From NCBI GenBank assembly GCA_903835555.1, contig CAILNN010000007.1:16342-80341 (forward strand): 64,000 bases of DNA. Direction: 5' to 3'. Positions within the stretch are counted from its first letter, which is position 1. Every line of letters begins with the position of its first letter. Origin of the DNA: an uncultured Verrucomicrobiota bacterium. GTDB taxonomy: Bacteria; Verrucomicrobiota; Verrucomicrobiia; Limisphaerales; UBA9464. Below, piece by piece: positions 1-8,408 of this stretch. Made by a program: the position numbers and the translations under genes. Below the pieces are notes generated by a model. The model worked only from the letters and a program-made list of their open reading frames with translations. It had not been told where the DNA came from and searched no databases.

Positions 1-896
1 GCATTGTTTACGGGGCTACCTATCGTTGGCGCGCAGACCATTCCGATGCCGATTTGGTGACAGCCGCCGAGACGGAGGATATTGTCGTCACGACCGCGAC
101 TGGGTCCCGAACTCAAACTTGGTACTACCCCAGCTCCACCGATTGCGTTGTCTGCCACAACCAAAATGCAGGCGGCATTTTGGGAGCATCGAAGACTCGG
201 CAGTTGAATCGCAACTGGACCTATCAGGGCAATGGAGTAACCGACAACCAACTCCGCACCTTGAACTATGTCGGCCTTTTCAACCCGGCGGTCGATGAAT
301 CGATTCTTCCGTCGCTCAATCGATTCGAAGATATCGGCCAGACGAATGTGGCGGTCAGTGAGCGCGTACGCTCGTTTCTCGATGTCAATTGCTCCTATTG
401 TCATCAACCGGGCGGTGTTCGAGCCTATTTTGACGCCCGGATTACTACACCGGCCGCCAATGCAGGCATCCGCAATGGACCGCTCATCGCTCCCGGCCCC
501 ATCCCGGGTTCCAAGGTGATTGTCCCCGGTGATGAGATTCGTTCCATGATTCTCCAACGCATCTTGAGTACCGATACGCTGCAAAAGATGCCACCGATCG
601 GACGCAACGTGGTCGATCAAGCGGCGGCGGACCTCCTTGTTCAGCTCATTGATCAGATGGCCGGGATTCCCCCCCGCCTTAGTGTGGCCCGTGGGAATGA
701 CGTTCTGCACCTAACCTGGCCTGCCACCCAAACACCATTTTACCTGTTGGTTGGAAACAGCCTTTCTGGTTCGACAAATTGGACGGCTGGACCAGCTGGT
801 GTTCTGGCAAATGGTCATTATACGACCGATGTTCCTGTGACCTCTGGTGCAAGCCCCGAATTCTTGCGGCTGACCAGTCAGCAACCCCTGCCCTAG
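1..896 (+). CDS. C-terminal part of a c-type cytochrome-domain protein (5' end outside window)
   Basis: The reading frame is open from the window edge (phase 3) to TAG at 894-896. It carries two CxxCH motifs (CVVCH and CSYCH-QPGG). The listed ORF 54..896 is only the Met-initiated part. Confidence 0.7.
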   Translation, partial: IVYGATYRWRADHSDADLVTAAETEDIVVTTATGSRTQTWYYPSSTDCVVCHNQNAGGILGASKTRQLNRNWTYQGNGVTDNQLRTLNYVGLFNPAVDESILPSLNRFEDIGQTNVAVSERVRSFLDVNCSYCHQPGGVRAYFDARITTPAANAGIRNGPLIAPGPIPGSKVIVPGDEIRSMILQRILSTDTLQKMPPIGRNVVDQAAADLLVQLIDQMAGIPPRLSVARGNDVLHLTWPATQTPFYLLVGNSLSGSTNWTAGPAGVLANGHYTTDVPVTSGASPEFLRLTSQQPLP

Positions 897-919
897 AGCG
901 TCGCTGCCTTTGAGATGCG

Positions 920-956
920 AAACCCTGTGGTCTTGGCCACAGGGTTTTTCTGTTTT
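920..956 (+). terminator. Rho-independent terminator
   Basis: A perfect 11-bp stem (aaaccctgtgg at 920-930 pairing with ccacagggttt at 937-947) has a 6-nt loop and is followed by tttttctgtttt. It lies 24 nt after the upstream stop codon. Confidence 0.8.
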
Positions 957-1074
957 GGTCGATTGCGAGGGACGAGCGTTTGCTGGAGCGAAGTTTCTAC
1001 TCGCCAGATTATCGGGCTTCGTCAACCTCTTCCCACCGTCTTACTCACATGCCGTGAAAGAGACGGTTTTATCC

Positions 1075-1866
1075 ATGAAAGATTCCGCCATTCGTTCTTG
1101 GTTCTGCGCGACCGCCGTAGTTGCCGAACTTATTTTGACTCAACTTTCCGTAGATGCAGGAGTGGGAGTTGGAGCCAAACCGCTACAGGGAGCGGAAGTC
1201 CTGTTGGATGGAACCCGAGCGATCGTGGATCAAAAATGGACCTACTGGCAGGGTCCTCGATTTGGATCGTCACTCCCAATAAAATGGCCGATCGTTTCTG
1301 ATCCGGTGGACGGTGGAACGTGTTTAATGACGGATGATCCCGCAGCGGTGGGTGGCAAATACGGCGCGGCGGACATCGTGACGAAAAAGGCCTATCGCGA
1401 CTTTCGGTTGCATATTGAATTCCTGGTCATGAATCCGACCGGGAATAGCGGTGTGTATCTGCAAAATCGGTACGAAATTCAAATTTGCGACGGAGATAAG
1501 ACCAGTCATGGCATGGGAGCGGTCATCAATGAATCCCCTTCTCCGTATTCCACCTATAAAGGTATCGGGAAATGGAACAGCTATGACATCCAGTTTCGCG
1601 CCGCCCGTTTTGAGAATGGCAAAAAGACGGAGCATGCCTTGGTGAGCATGTACTTTAACGGCGTCAAGGTTCACACGAACCAACCGATTACCCAGGTGTG
1701 GGGCGGACCCAATTCTGGAATTGACGGCGGGAATGATGGCGGAAAAGGAATCACCGACATCCCCGGAGGATTAAAGCTCCAATGCGAGGGCCATGATGTC
1801 CGATTCCGCAATGGATGGATTCAGGAAATCAACCTGACCAAGCCAGACACTGATTTTCAGGAATAG
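1075..1866 (+). CDS. DUF1080 (3-keto-disaccharide hydrolase-like) domain protein, secreted
   Basis: The DUF1080-type pattern is present (DFRLHIEF...NSGVYLQNRYEIQI...WNSYDIQF...NGVKVH). I chose the start at ATG 1075 (MKDSAIRSWF..., signal-like) because the upstream part of ORF 910.. overlaps the terminator. Confidence 0.75.
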   Translation: MKDSAIRSWFCATAVVAELILTQLSVDAGVGVGAKPLQGAEVLLDGTRAIVDQKWTYWQGPRFGSSLPIKWPIVSDPVDGGTCLMTDDPAAVGGKYGAADIVTKKAYRDFRLHIEFLVMNPTGNSGVYLQNRYEIQICDGDKTSHGMGAVINESPSPYSTYKGIGKWNSYDIQFRAARFENGKKTEHALVSMYFNGVKVHTNQPITQVWGGPNSGIDGGNDGGKGITDIPGGLKLQCEGHDVRFRNGWIQEINLTKPDTDFQE

Positions 1867-1913
1867 TTTTTTCCAGATCGGGTGAGACCCAGTTCTTTTT
1901 CTCCGGGCTAAGA

Positions 1914-3554
1914 ATGCAATTGCGCTGCCTGTTCTCCACAAGGCCAATTCTTCTCTGGGTCATCGGGTGCCTTATGACGACTGGCTGCCATCGGCCGGTC
2001 GTCGTTCGTACGGTGACCACCCGGACCGCACCTGCAGCCGAGGCACTTGAACGGGTTCAAAAAGCATGGGAAGCGATTTGCGAACCGGGAGTCACGAATC
2101 TCTCGGTACTCATGCAAGGGTATAATAATGGGGTTCTTGACCTCCTCCGGACCTGGCCGCGGGGAGCGCGGGGACAGTTCCTAGCGCGCGAATTCGCAGA
2201 TGGCGACCATCGCTTTTCCGTCGACGTCCAATGGGCGGTTCCCGATTTTTCACCCAACTATTTTGACCAATTCTTCCTGGCGGAGGCACTGCGGTACCAA
2301 GGACTGCGACACTACGATCCTACGGGCTGGGGACAACCACTAATCGCATTGGCCACCAACCGTGGAACACTACCGGAAGAAACCTATTTTCCGCCGGAAG
2401 GCATCGTTCGATCATTAACGGCAACGATGGAGTTCCCCAAGGTCGAGGGGCGGGCAAAAACCGCCCGACTGGTCATTTACGAACCTGACCGACAGCCGGA
2501 GATAACCGTTGGGGGGCGTCACATGACGTTGGCGGCGGATTTTTCGGCGGCGTATGCATACCTCCTGTCACGCACACAATTGAAAGGATATGGCCTGCGC
2601 GCCTTTCTTAATCGGAAGACGTTCGGTCGCGAAGCTGGAATCTTCCTGATGGAGCCCTATCGCCCGGACAAAATCCCCGTGCTCATGGTTCACGGGTTGG
2701 CATCGTCACCTTTGGCATGGGCGGAATTGACGGACGCACTTTGGAGTAATCCGGTCCTGCGGAGTCACTATCAGGTGTGGCATTATTTTTATCCAACGAC
2801 ATTTCCGTACCTCCACTCGGCGGCGGAACTCCACGATAATCTGGAGGAGATTCGGGAATACTTCGACCCGCAGCATGAATCCCCCGCGCTGACCAATATG
2901 GTGATTGTTGGGCACAGCATGGGGGGGCTTTTGGCGCGAAGGCTGATCACAGACAGCGGCGACGCCGTTTGGACAAACGCGTTTTCTCGCCCACTCGAAC
3001 AACTAAACTGTTCGGAAGTGGAGCGGTCGACCCTCCGGCGCTATTTTTATTTTCATGCGACACCGGGTATTGGGCGGGTTATTTTTTTGGCCACGCCCCA
3101 TCGCGGAAGCGATCTCGCAGCGGGATGGGAGGGGAGGATTGGTCGCGCTCTGGCGGACCAGAATCCGGAATTCGCAGAGTTTTTCCGTTCCATCGCCCTC
3201 CGAAATCCATACGCAATGACGATGCGAATGCGAACTTGGTCGGCGAAAAAACGCCTCAGCTCGGTGCAAGTCCTCTCATCGGAAAATCCGGTGCTGCGGG
3301 CAATGGCTGAATTGCCGTTTTCTCCCGGAGTAAAGGCGCATTCCATCTTGGGCGATCGCGGCAGGAAATTGGGACCAGAGAGTTGCGACGGCGTGGTCAC
3401 CTACCGTAGCGGACACTTGGATCAAGCTGATTCCGAGCGCATTGTGCCGTCTGGGCACGACGTGAACCGGCATCCGGAAGCGATTGCGGAAACGCTTCGT
3501 ATTTTGCATCAACATTGGCGGGAGTACTCCGAACGGATTGGGACGGGGGGATAA
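1914..3554 (+). CDS. Alpha/beta-hydrolase (lipase/esterase-like) lipoprotein
   Basis: The N-terminus has a lipobox (LMTTGC). The sequence VLMVHGLASSP plus the nucleophile elbow GHSMGG fits the alpha/beta hydrolase fold. Confidence 0.7.
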   Translation: MQLRCLFSTRPILLWVIGCLMTTGCHRPVVVRTVTTRTAPAAEALERVQKAWEAICEPGVTNLSVLMQGYNNGVLDLLRTWPRGARGQFLAREFADGDHRFSVDVQWAVPDFSPNYFDQFFLAEALRYQGLRHYDPTGWGQPLIALATNRGTLPEETYFPPEGIVRSLTATMEFPKVEGRAKTARLVIYEPDRQPEITVGGRHMTLAADFSAAYAYLLSRTQLKGYGLRAFLNRKTFGREAGIFLMEPYRPDKIPVLMVHGLASSPLAWAELTDALWSNPVLRSHYQVWHYFYPTTFPYLHSAAELHDNLEEIREYFDPQHESPALTNMVIVGHSMGGLLARRLITDSGDAVWTNAFSRPLEQLNCSEVERSTLRRYFYFHATPGIGRVIFLATPHRGSDLAAGWEGRIGRALADQNPEFAEFFRSIALRNPYAMTMRMRTWSAKKRLSSVQVLSSENPVLRAMAELPFSPGVKAHSILGDRGRKLGPESCDGVVTYRSGHLDQADSERIVPSGHDVNRHPEAIAETLRILHQHWREYSERIGTGG

Positions 3555-3606
3555 CGCCCTTAGATTGCCATTGCCTGGGCTGGTCCGATGTCATTCCATC
3601 ACTTGG

Positions 3607-4083
3607 ATGGTTTCCTTCCGATTCTTCTTGAGTCTCTTGATGATTGGATTAGCGGTGCTTTGCCCGGGATGTCGTCCCACACCGCCCGTCGCTGAGGGCG
3701 TGATTACCCCCCATTTGCATCATTCGCCGCATGGTGGGACCGCAGTTGAGCTGGGAAAAGAAGAGTACCACTTGGAGTTGGTCCATGAAACGGGAAGCCC
3801 ACAAATGACTGCCTACATCTTGGACGGGGAGTTGGAAAAGTTCATTCGCTTGCCGTTGGCGGAGTTTATCATCCGCGTCAAAGGCCAAAATAGCGAAATG
3901 CTTCGATTTCAAGCATCTGGAAATCCGGCGACGGGGGAGAAAGTTGGGGATACCTCCGAATACATCGCCTCCAGCTCTTGGCTGACAAACCATGCCGAAT
4001 TTGACGGCGTCTTGGTTGAAATCAAGATTGGTACGAAGACATACCAGGAAGTAGCCTTTAGCTATCCAAAAGGAAACGAATGA
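3607..4083 (+). CDS. Hypothetical His-rich lipoprotein
   Basis: Start chosen at ATG 3607 (MVSFRFFLSLLMIGLAVLCPGC, lipobox). It has an HLHHSPHGG...YHLELVH motif. Its stop overlaps the next start (ATGA at 4080-4083). Confidence 0.55.
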   Translation: MVSFRFFLSLLMIGLAVLCPGCRPTPPVAEGVITPHLHHSPHGGTAVELGKEEYHLELVHETGSPQMTAYILDGELEKFIRLPLAEFIIRVKGQNSEMLRFQASGNPATGEKVGDTSEYIASSSWLTNHAEFDGVLVEIKIGTKTYQEVAFSYPKGNE

Positions 4084-4715
4084 ATCGGCACCATCTGTCA
4101 GCGGCTTTAATCGCTATCTCTTTATCTTTGGCGCTTGGCACAACTCGCGGCGACGAAGGGGTCAAAGCACCGCGCGGCGAACCGATTAAGCCATTGGCTC
4201 CGCGTGGTGAGCCTATTCAGGCGCTTCAGCCAGCTAGCTCGACTTCGACACCAGGAAAGCCTGTGGCCGCAGCGAATGCCGATGCAACTTCTGTCGGCGG
4301 GGAGTTTGCCGTCGTTGGATTCGACAAGCTCAGTTCTTTCAAGTATGAGGTCCCGGATGACACCGTGAAGGCGGCGCCGAGTGCTGATCCAGACCAGCAG
4401 ATTCCGGCTTTAGTCAAAGGACTCAATAACAAGCGAGTCTCCCTGAAGGGCTTCATGCTCCCACTGAAGGTTGAAGCTGGCATGGTGACGGAGATGTTGA
4501 TCTTACGGGACCAGTCGGCTTGTTGTTTTGGTGCCACACCAAAGATCAACGAATGGGTCTCGGTGAAAATGGTCGGGGGCGGGGTAAAGCCAATCATGGA
4601 TCAAGCTGTGACGCTTTACGGAACCCTGAAGGTTGGGGCCATGCGCGAGAATGGTTATATTGTGGGCATCTACCAACTTGATGGAGAGAAGATGCAGGGA
4701 CCTCCAGGTACCTAA
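4080..4715 (+). CDS. DUF3299 domain protein, secreted
   Basis: It has a signal peptide, and the C-terminal pattern VSLKGFMLPL...ILRDQSACCFGATPKINEWV is typical of DUF3299. An ATGA overlap couples it to the upstream gene. Confidence 0.65.
   Translation: MNRHHLSAALIAISLSLALGTTRGDEGVKAPRGEPIKPLAPRGEPIQALQPASSTSTPGKPVAAANADATSVGGEFAVVGFDKLSSFKYEVPDDTVKAAPSADPDQQIPALVKGLNNKRVSLKGFMLPLKVEAGMVTEMLILRDQSACCFGATPKINEWVSVKMVGGGVKPIMDQAVTLYGTLKVGAMRENGYIVGIYQLDGEKMQGPPGT
4167..4226 (+). repeat. Two tandem 30-nt coding repeats (APRGEPIKPL / APRGEPIQAL)
   Basis: The repeat is directly visible in the DNA and in the translation of the DUF3299 gene linker. Confidence 0.8.
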
Positions 4716-4903
4716 GGGTCCCGCGGGCGGCCAGTTACCTTCGGTTTTTGCGAAATTGGGGTGACTTAGACTGCCAAGCTGGTCTGGGGGGATGCGGTAC
4801 GGTAGCGTCTCCCCTTGGTGCTCTGGGGCGGGCTATGAATAGCTTGCGGGTGATGCCCGGTTCGGACCGCGCCCGGCTCAACAGAATCTCGGCCGATGTT
4901 GCT

Positions 4904-4932
4904 TTGCTTCAATCGGTTACGTTTGATATAAT
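4904..4932 (+). promoter_or_regulatory. Near-consensus sigma70-type promoter with extended -10
   Basis: TTGCTT (4904-4909), a 17-nt spacer, then TGaTATAAT (4924-4932), about 60 nt upstream of ATG 4993. Confidence 0.4.
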
Positions 4933-4992
4933 GCCACTTGCGGAGAGGCATTTTGAAGTGCCGTACTAATTCCTCGAAATTTTTTCCCAGCT

Positions 4993-6075
4993 ATGCCGTC
5001 ACCGGTTTCTCTGGATATCCCTGCTGCAATGCAGGCTGCGGTCTATCGCGGCGAAGGCCGATTGTGCTTGGAAGAGGTAGAGGTTCCGCAGATTGAGTCG
5101 GGAGAAATCCTCGTCCGAGTGGCTGCCTGCGGTGTTTGCCCAACGGACATCAAAAAAATCCACTACAATACAGTGGCTCCGCCGCGAATTTTCGGGCATG
5201 AGACTTCCGGAACGATTGTCCAGGTGGGAGCGTTGGTTCGTGGATTTGAGGTCGGCGACCGTGTGGGGTTGCACCACCACGTGCCGTGCATGGACTGCCA
5301 TTTTTGTAAGCATCACGCTTTTGCTCAATGCGCTACATACCGAAGAACCGGGATAACCGCCGGATTTGAACCCTCTGGCGGAGGATTTGCCGAATTTGTC
5401 CGGGTAATGCCTTTCTGCCTGCCGGGAGTGGTGCGAATTCCACGGAAGAACAGTTTCTTGGAGGGTGCCCTTCTGGAGCCGGTAAACACGGTGCTCAAGG
5501 GCATTCGGCAATTGGGGTTGCTGCCAGGGGATACGGTGTTGGTCTGTGGTCAGGGTCCGATCGGTCTGCTTTTCACCAGAATATTATCGATTCACGGCAT
5601 GCGCGTCATCGCGACCGATCTTCTCCCCAACCGCTTGGTTCTGGCCAAACAATGGGGTGCCTGGCAGTCGATAGAAGCCAATGAGCACCAGGTTGCTGAA
5701 TCAGTGGGACGATGGACCGAAGGGCGTGGTGCCGATGCGGCGGTGGTAGCGGTCCCAAATGACGGCGCCGTATGGCAAGCGCAGTCCGCCATTCGCGGCG
5801 GCGGACGCGTCCTACTGTTCGCCCATACGGTTCGCGACCGACAAACGTCCATCGACTTGGCCAAAATCTGTGTGGATGAAAAGGCGTTGGTGGGTAGCTA
5901 TTCATCGGATTTTACCCTCCAAAAGGCCGTCGCGCGCCTAGTGTTTTCCCGACAATTGGATGTTCGACCGTTGATTACCCACACCTTTCATTTGGCGCAA
6001 ACATCCGAGGCGGTCGGATTGGCGGCCAAACCGACTGCAGAATCGCTAAAGATTGTCGTGACACCTGGAGTATAG
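4993..6075 (+). CDS. Zinc-dependent medium-chain alcohol/polyol dehydrogenase family protein
   Basis: Contains GVCPTDIKK and GHETSGTIVQVG, a structural-zinc Cys cluster (CMDCHFCKHHAFAQC) and a Rossmann motif (VCGQGPIG). Confidence 0.8.
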   Translation: MPSPVSLDIPAAMQAAVYRGEGRLCLEEVEVPQIESGEILVRVAACGVCPTDIKKIHYNTVAPPRIFGHETSGTIVQVGALVRGFEVGDRVGLHHHVPCMDCHFCKHHAFAQCATYRRTGITAGFEPSGGGFAEFVRVMPFCLPGVVRIPRKNSFLEGALLEPVNTVLKGIRQLGLLPGDTVLVCGQGPIGLLFTRILSIHGMRVIATDLLPNRLVLAKQWGAWQSIEANEHQVAESVGRWTEGRGADAAVVAVPNDGAVWQAQSAIRGGGRVLLFAHTVRDRQTSIDLAKICVDEKALVGSYSSDFTLQKAVARLVFSRQLDVRPLITHTFHLAQTSEAVGLAAKPTAESLKIVVTPGV

Positions 6076-6184
6076 CCTCAGTAGAGCGCAGCGTTGGGCT
6101 CCGGCTTTGCGGATTTGGGACTGAACGGACTGCCACGCCGGTCTGGATCAAGCAGTCGAGACGTCTGCGCTCCAAGGGAAGGTA

Positions 6185-7042
6185 TCAGGTGCCGAAGAGT
6201 CGGTTAAAGTTTTCTTCCACCTGGACCTGAAGTTCGCCGAGGTCAGTTTCGAGCCATTTGGCCAAGTATTCGTAAATCGCGGGGAGGTTGGCGGGATGAT
6301 TCAGCGCCCGCGTGGGTTCGAGCTCCGAGAATAAAGGGAACTGGGTAAGCTCTTCGGGCGGAAGTTGGTCCGGGGCATCGGTTTCGACGAGAAGGCGATC
6401 GCGGGGAATTTTTTGGAAGACCTCGCGCTGGCGACGTTTACGATCCAGCGCAAAGTAGCCCGGGAAACTAAAATAGGCTCCAAGCTTGGCGAGTTCCGGC
6501 ACCAAGTCCGCAGAGCCGCCGTAGCTGTGAAGTAAGAACCCACGAGGGGCTCGTTCCTCGGTGCGCAGAATTTCGAGCAGGCGTCCCCAGGCATTCAGGC
6601 AGTGAACCGTGATCGGACGTCGAAATCGAACCGCCAGCCGCCATTGGGCAACAAAAGCCTCGATCTGTTGAGTCAAGGTGGCTGGTTCACTCTTTAGAAA
6701 ATCTGGTTGGTATCGGGCTCGGACAGAAGGCGGTTGGGCCAGTATCCATCGGTCGAGGCCAATTTCGCCCACGGCGGAATGTGGATACTTGGTCAAGAAC
6801 TGCTCTAGCAAGTCCAACGCGTTCGAACGCATTTCATGGAGATACCACGGATGCAATCCAAAACTAGGAATAACCAACCTGCTAAGTTGGGAGCACTCGA
6901 GGACCTGTGGCCAATCGTCGGCACACGCACCGTTGACAACCATTCTAGTAACGCCTACAGACTCAGCAGTGGCCAACAATCTGGATTGTCGGTTTGAGAA
7001 TCGGGCGTCCTGCAAATGATTATGGGCGTCGCAGAAGCTCAT
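6185..7042 (-). CDS. tatD: TatD-family metal-dependent hydrolase
   Basis: Start chosen at MSFCDAHNHL (the TatD N-terminal HxH motif). This ATG forms an ATGA overlap with the upstream sufE-like stop at 7039-7042. The 92-aa upstream extension of the listed ORF overlaps sufE. Confidence 0.75.
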   Translation of the reverse strand: MSFCDAHNHLQDARFSNRQSRLLATAESVGVTRMVVNGACADDWPQVLECSQLSRLVIPSFGLHPWYLHEMRSNALDLLEQFLTKYPHSAVGEIGLDRWILAQPPSVRARYQPDFLKSEPATLTQQIEAFVAQWRLAVRFRRPITVHCLNAWGRLLEILRTEERAPRGFLLHSYGGSADLVPELAKLGAYFSFPGYFALDRKRRQREVFQKIPRDRLLVETDAPDQLPPEELTQFPLFSELEPTRALNHPANLPAIYEYLAKWLETDLGELQVQVEENFNRLFGT

Positions 7043-7470
7043 CCGTGGTCCCGCGATAAACCCGAATTCGAGGCAAAATCCCGAATTTTCGAAGCTAGAC
7101 GTAGGATGGTGGCCCGGCGGTTGTCCGCCAATTGGCGAAGGACACCCCACTTTTCCAGCATATCGGCTTGGAACTGTTGTTGTTCCTGAAGGGACAGGGA
7201 GGTGGCCTGCTCGCACAAGAATCCACCGAGGGCTTTGAGCGTGACGGCGTCGGAATCGAGGCCAAACCAGCAGGCATGCGAACGAATTTCCCCAATCCAC
7301 CATGTCCGGACTTGGCAACCTTCCACGCGGTTGACGTCCAACCGATAGGCGTCGGGAAGAGGCATCCTCTTTCGCGCCCGTTCAACGAGGTAAATAAACC
7401 GTTGCTGCGGGTCTCGCAATTGATCGAGCAATTCCATGGCCTCAGCTAGGGATAGGTCATTGATTGTCAT
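7039..7470 (-). CDS. sufE: SufE-like sulfur-acceptor protein
   Basis: The SufE pattern is present (RFIYLVERARKRMPLP...NRVEGCQVRTWW). Start chosen at MTINDLSL (7470), which gives the usual length of about 140 aa; the alternative start is 7587. Confidence 0.65.
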   Translation of the reverse strand: MTINDLSLAEAMELLDQLRDPQQRFIYLVERARKRMPLPDAYRLDVNRVEGCQVRTWWIGEIRSHACWFGLDSDAVTLKALGGFLCEQATSLSLQEQQQFQADMLEKWGVLRQLADNRRATILRLASKIRDFASNSGLSRDHG

Positions 7471-7760
7471 CACCAGTGAATCTAGGCGATCGTTGGTCCC
7501 GAGGCTAATCCGCACGTTTTCTGACGCCAAGCCCAAGAAAAAGAGTGATTCGAATGGGTCGGAAAATTGGTTATACCGATCCATCATTGCCGAAATAAGT
7601 TCAAGGTTGAGTAAATTGCGGTTCGGGAAATTGGAGTTAAACTGGTAAGTAAGGGTCTCGAACGTAACTTGGCCTTGAAAATTCGATCCGAATGACCTTA
7701 GGTGTAGAAATGAGATGGAACGGGTGAAAACCCGCCCTAGGCATTTTCAGTATTGCGCAC

Positions 7761-8324
7761 ATGACCGCCAGAAATCAGCAGCGCCCGACTTTTTTAAGTC
7801 AAAAACTCTCTGCGATTATTATTGGGATCGTCCTTTTGGGCATCTTCCAGACAACCGCCGAGACGATTGGCTCCATACCTCCACCACTGGAAACTCCGAA
7901 GGGCCCGGTCCTTTTGACGGTTACCGGCAAGATTACCCAAAAGAACCGAGGAGACTCGGCAGTCTTTGACTTGGAAATGCTGGATCGGCTGGAACTTGGA
8001 GTCATCAAGACGGCAAACCCGTGGATTGCCGGCACGAATGAGTATTCGGGACCGAAATTCTCGGCACTGCTGAGAGCGGTCGGTGCCTCTGGAACGAATC
8101 CTGTGGTTGTTACAGCATTGAACGATTATGTCGGGAAAGTGCCGGTCGATGACATTGTTAATCTTCACTTGATTTTGGCGACGCGTAAGAATGGGAAGCC
8201 GTTAAAGATTCGGGAGAAGGGACCGCTTTTCGTCGTCTATCCGTTTTCTGAACGGCAGGACATCTATGACGAGGTGCATTTTTGCCGTTCAGTGTGGCAG
8301 ATTAAATCGATCGAAATTCGCTGA
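7761..8324 (+). CDS. Small periplasmic protein resembling the molybdopterin-oxidoreductase (YedY/SorA-type) substrate domain
   Basis: It has an N-terminal TM/signal segment. The pattern NPWIAGTNEYSGPKFSALL...ALNDYVGKVPVDD...ILATRKNGKPL..REKGPLFVVYP is recalled from that fold. It lies 84 nt upstream of the kinase gene. Confidence 0.45.
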   Translation: MTARNQQRPTFLSQKLSAIIIGIVLLGIFQTTAETIGSIPPPLETPKGPVLLTVTGKITQKNRGDSAVFDLEMLDRLELGVIKTANPWIAGTNEYSGPKFSALLRAVGASGTNPVVVTALNDYVGKVPVDDIVNLHLILATRKNGKPLKIREKGPLFVVYPFSERQDIYDEVHFCRSVWQIKSIEIR

Positions 8325-8408
8325 GATGGCATTTGAAACCACCACGAGCGTAGGTCCAGACTACGTTACGACCGCGCTCTTATGTCGGCATCTAAAGTAG
8401 CATAGAAG

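Noticed and set aside
4758-4900. Possible tmRNA or other structured RNA (the segment begins GGGGTGAC and contains ggttcggacc)
   Set aside because: It has no tRNA-like acceptor/T-arm pairing, no CCA-proximal end, no tag-peptide reading frame, and is too short. It is kept only as an unexplained GC-rich spacer.
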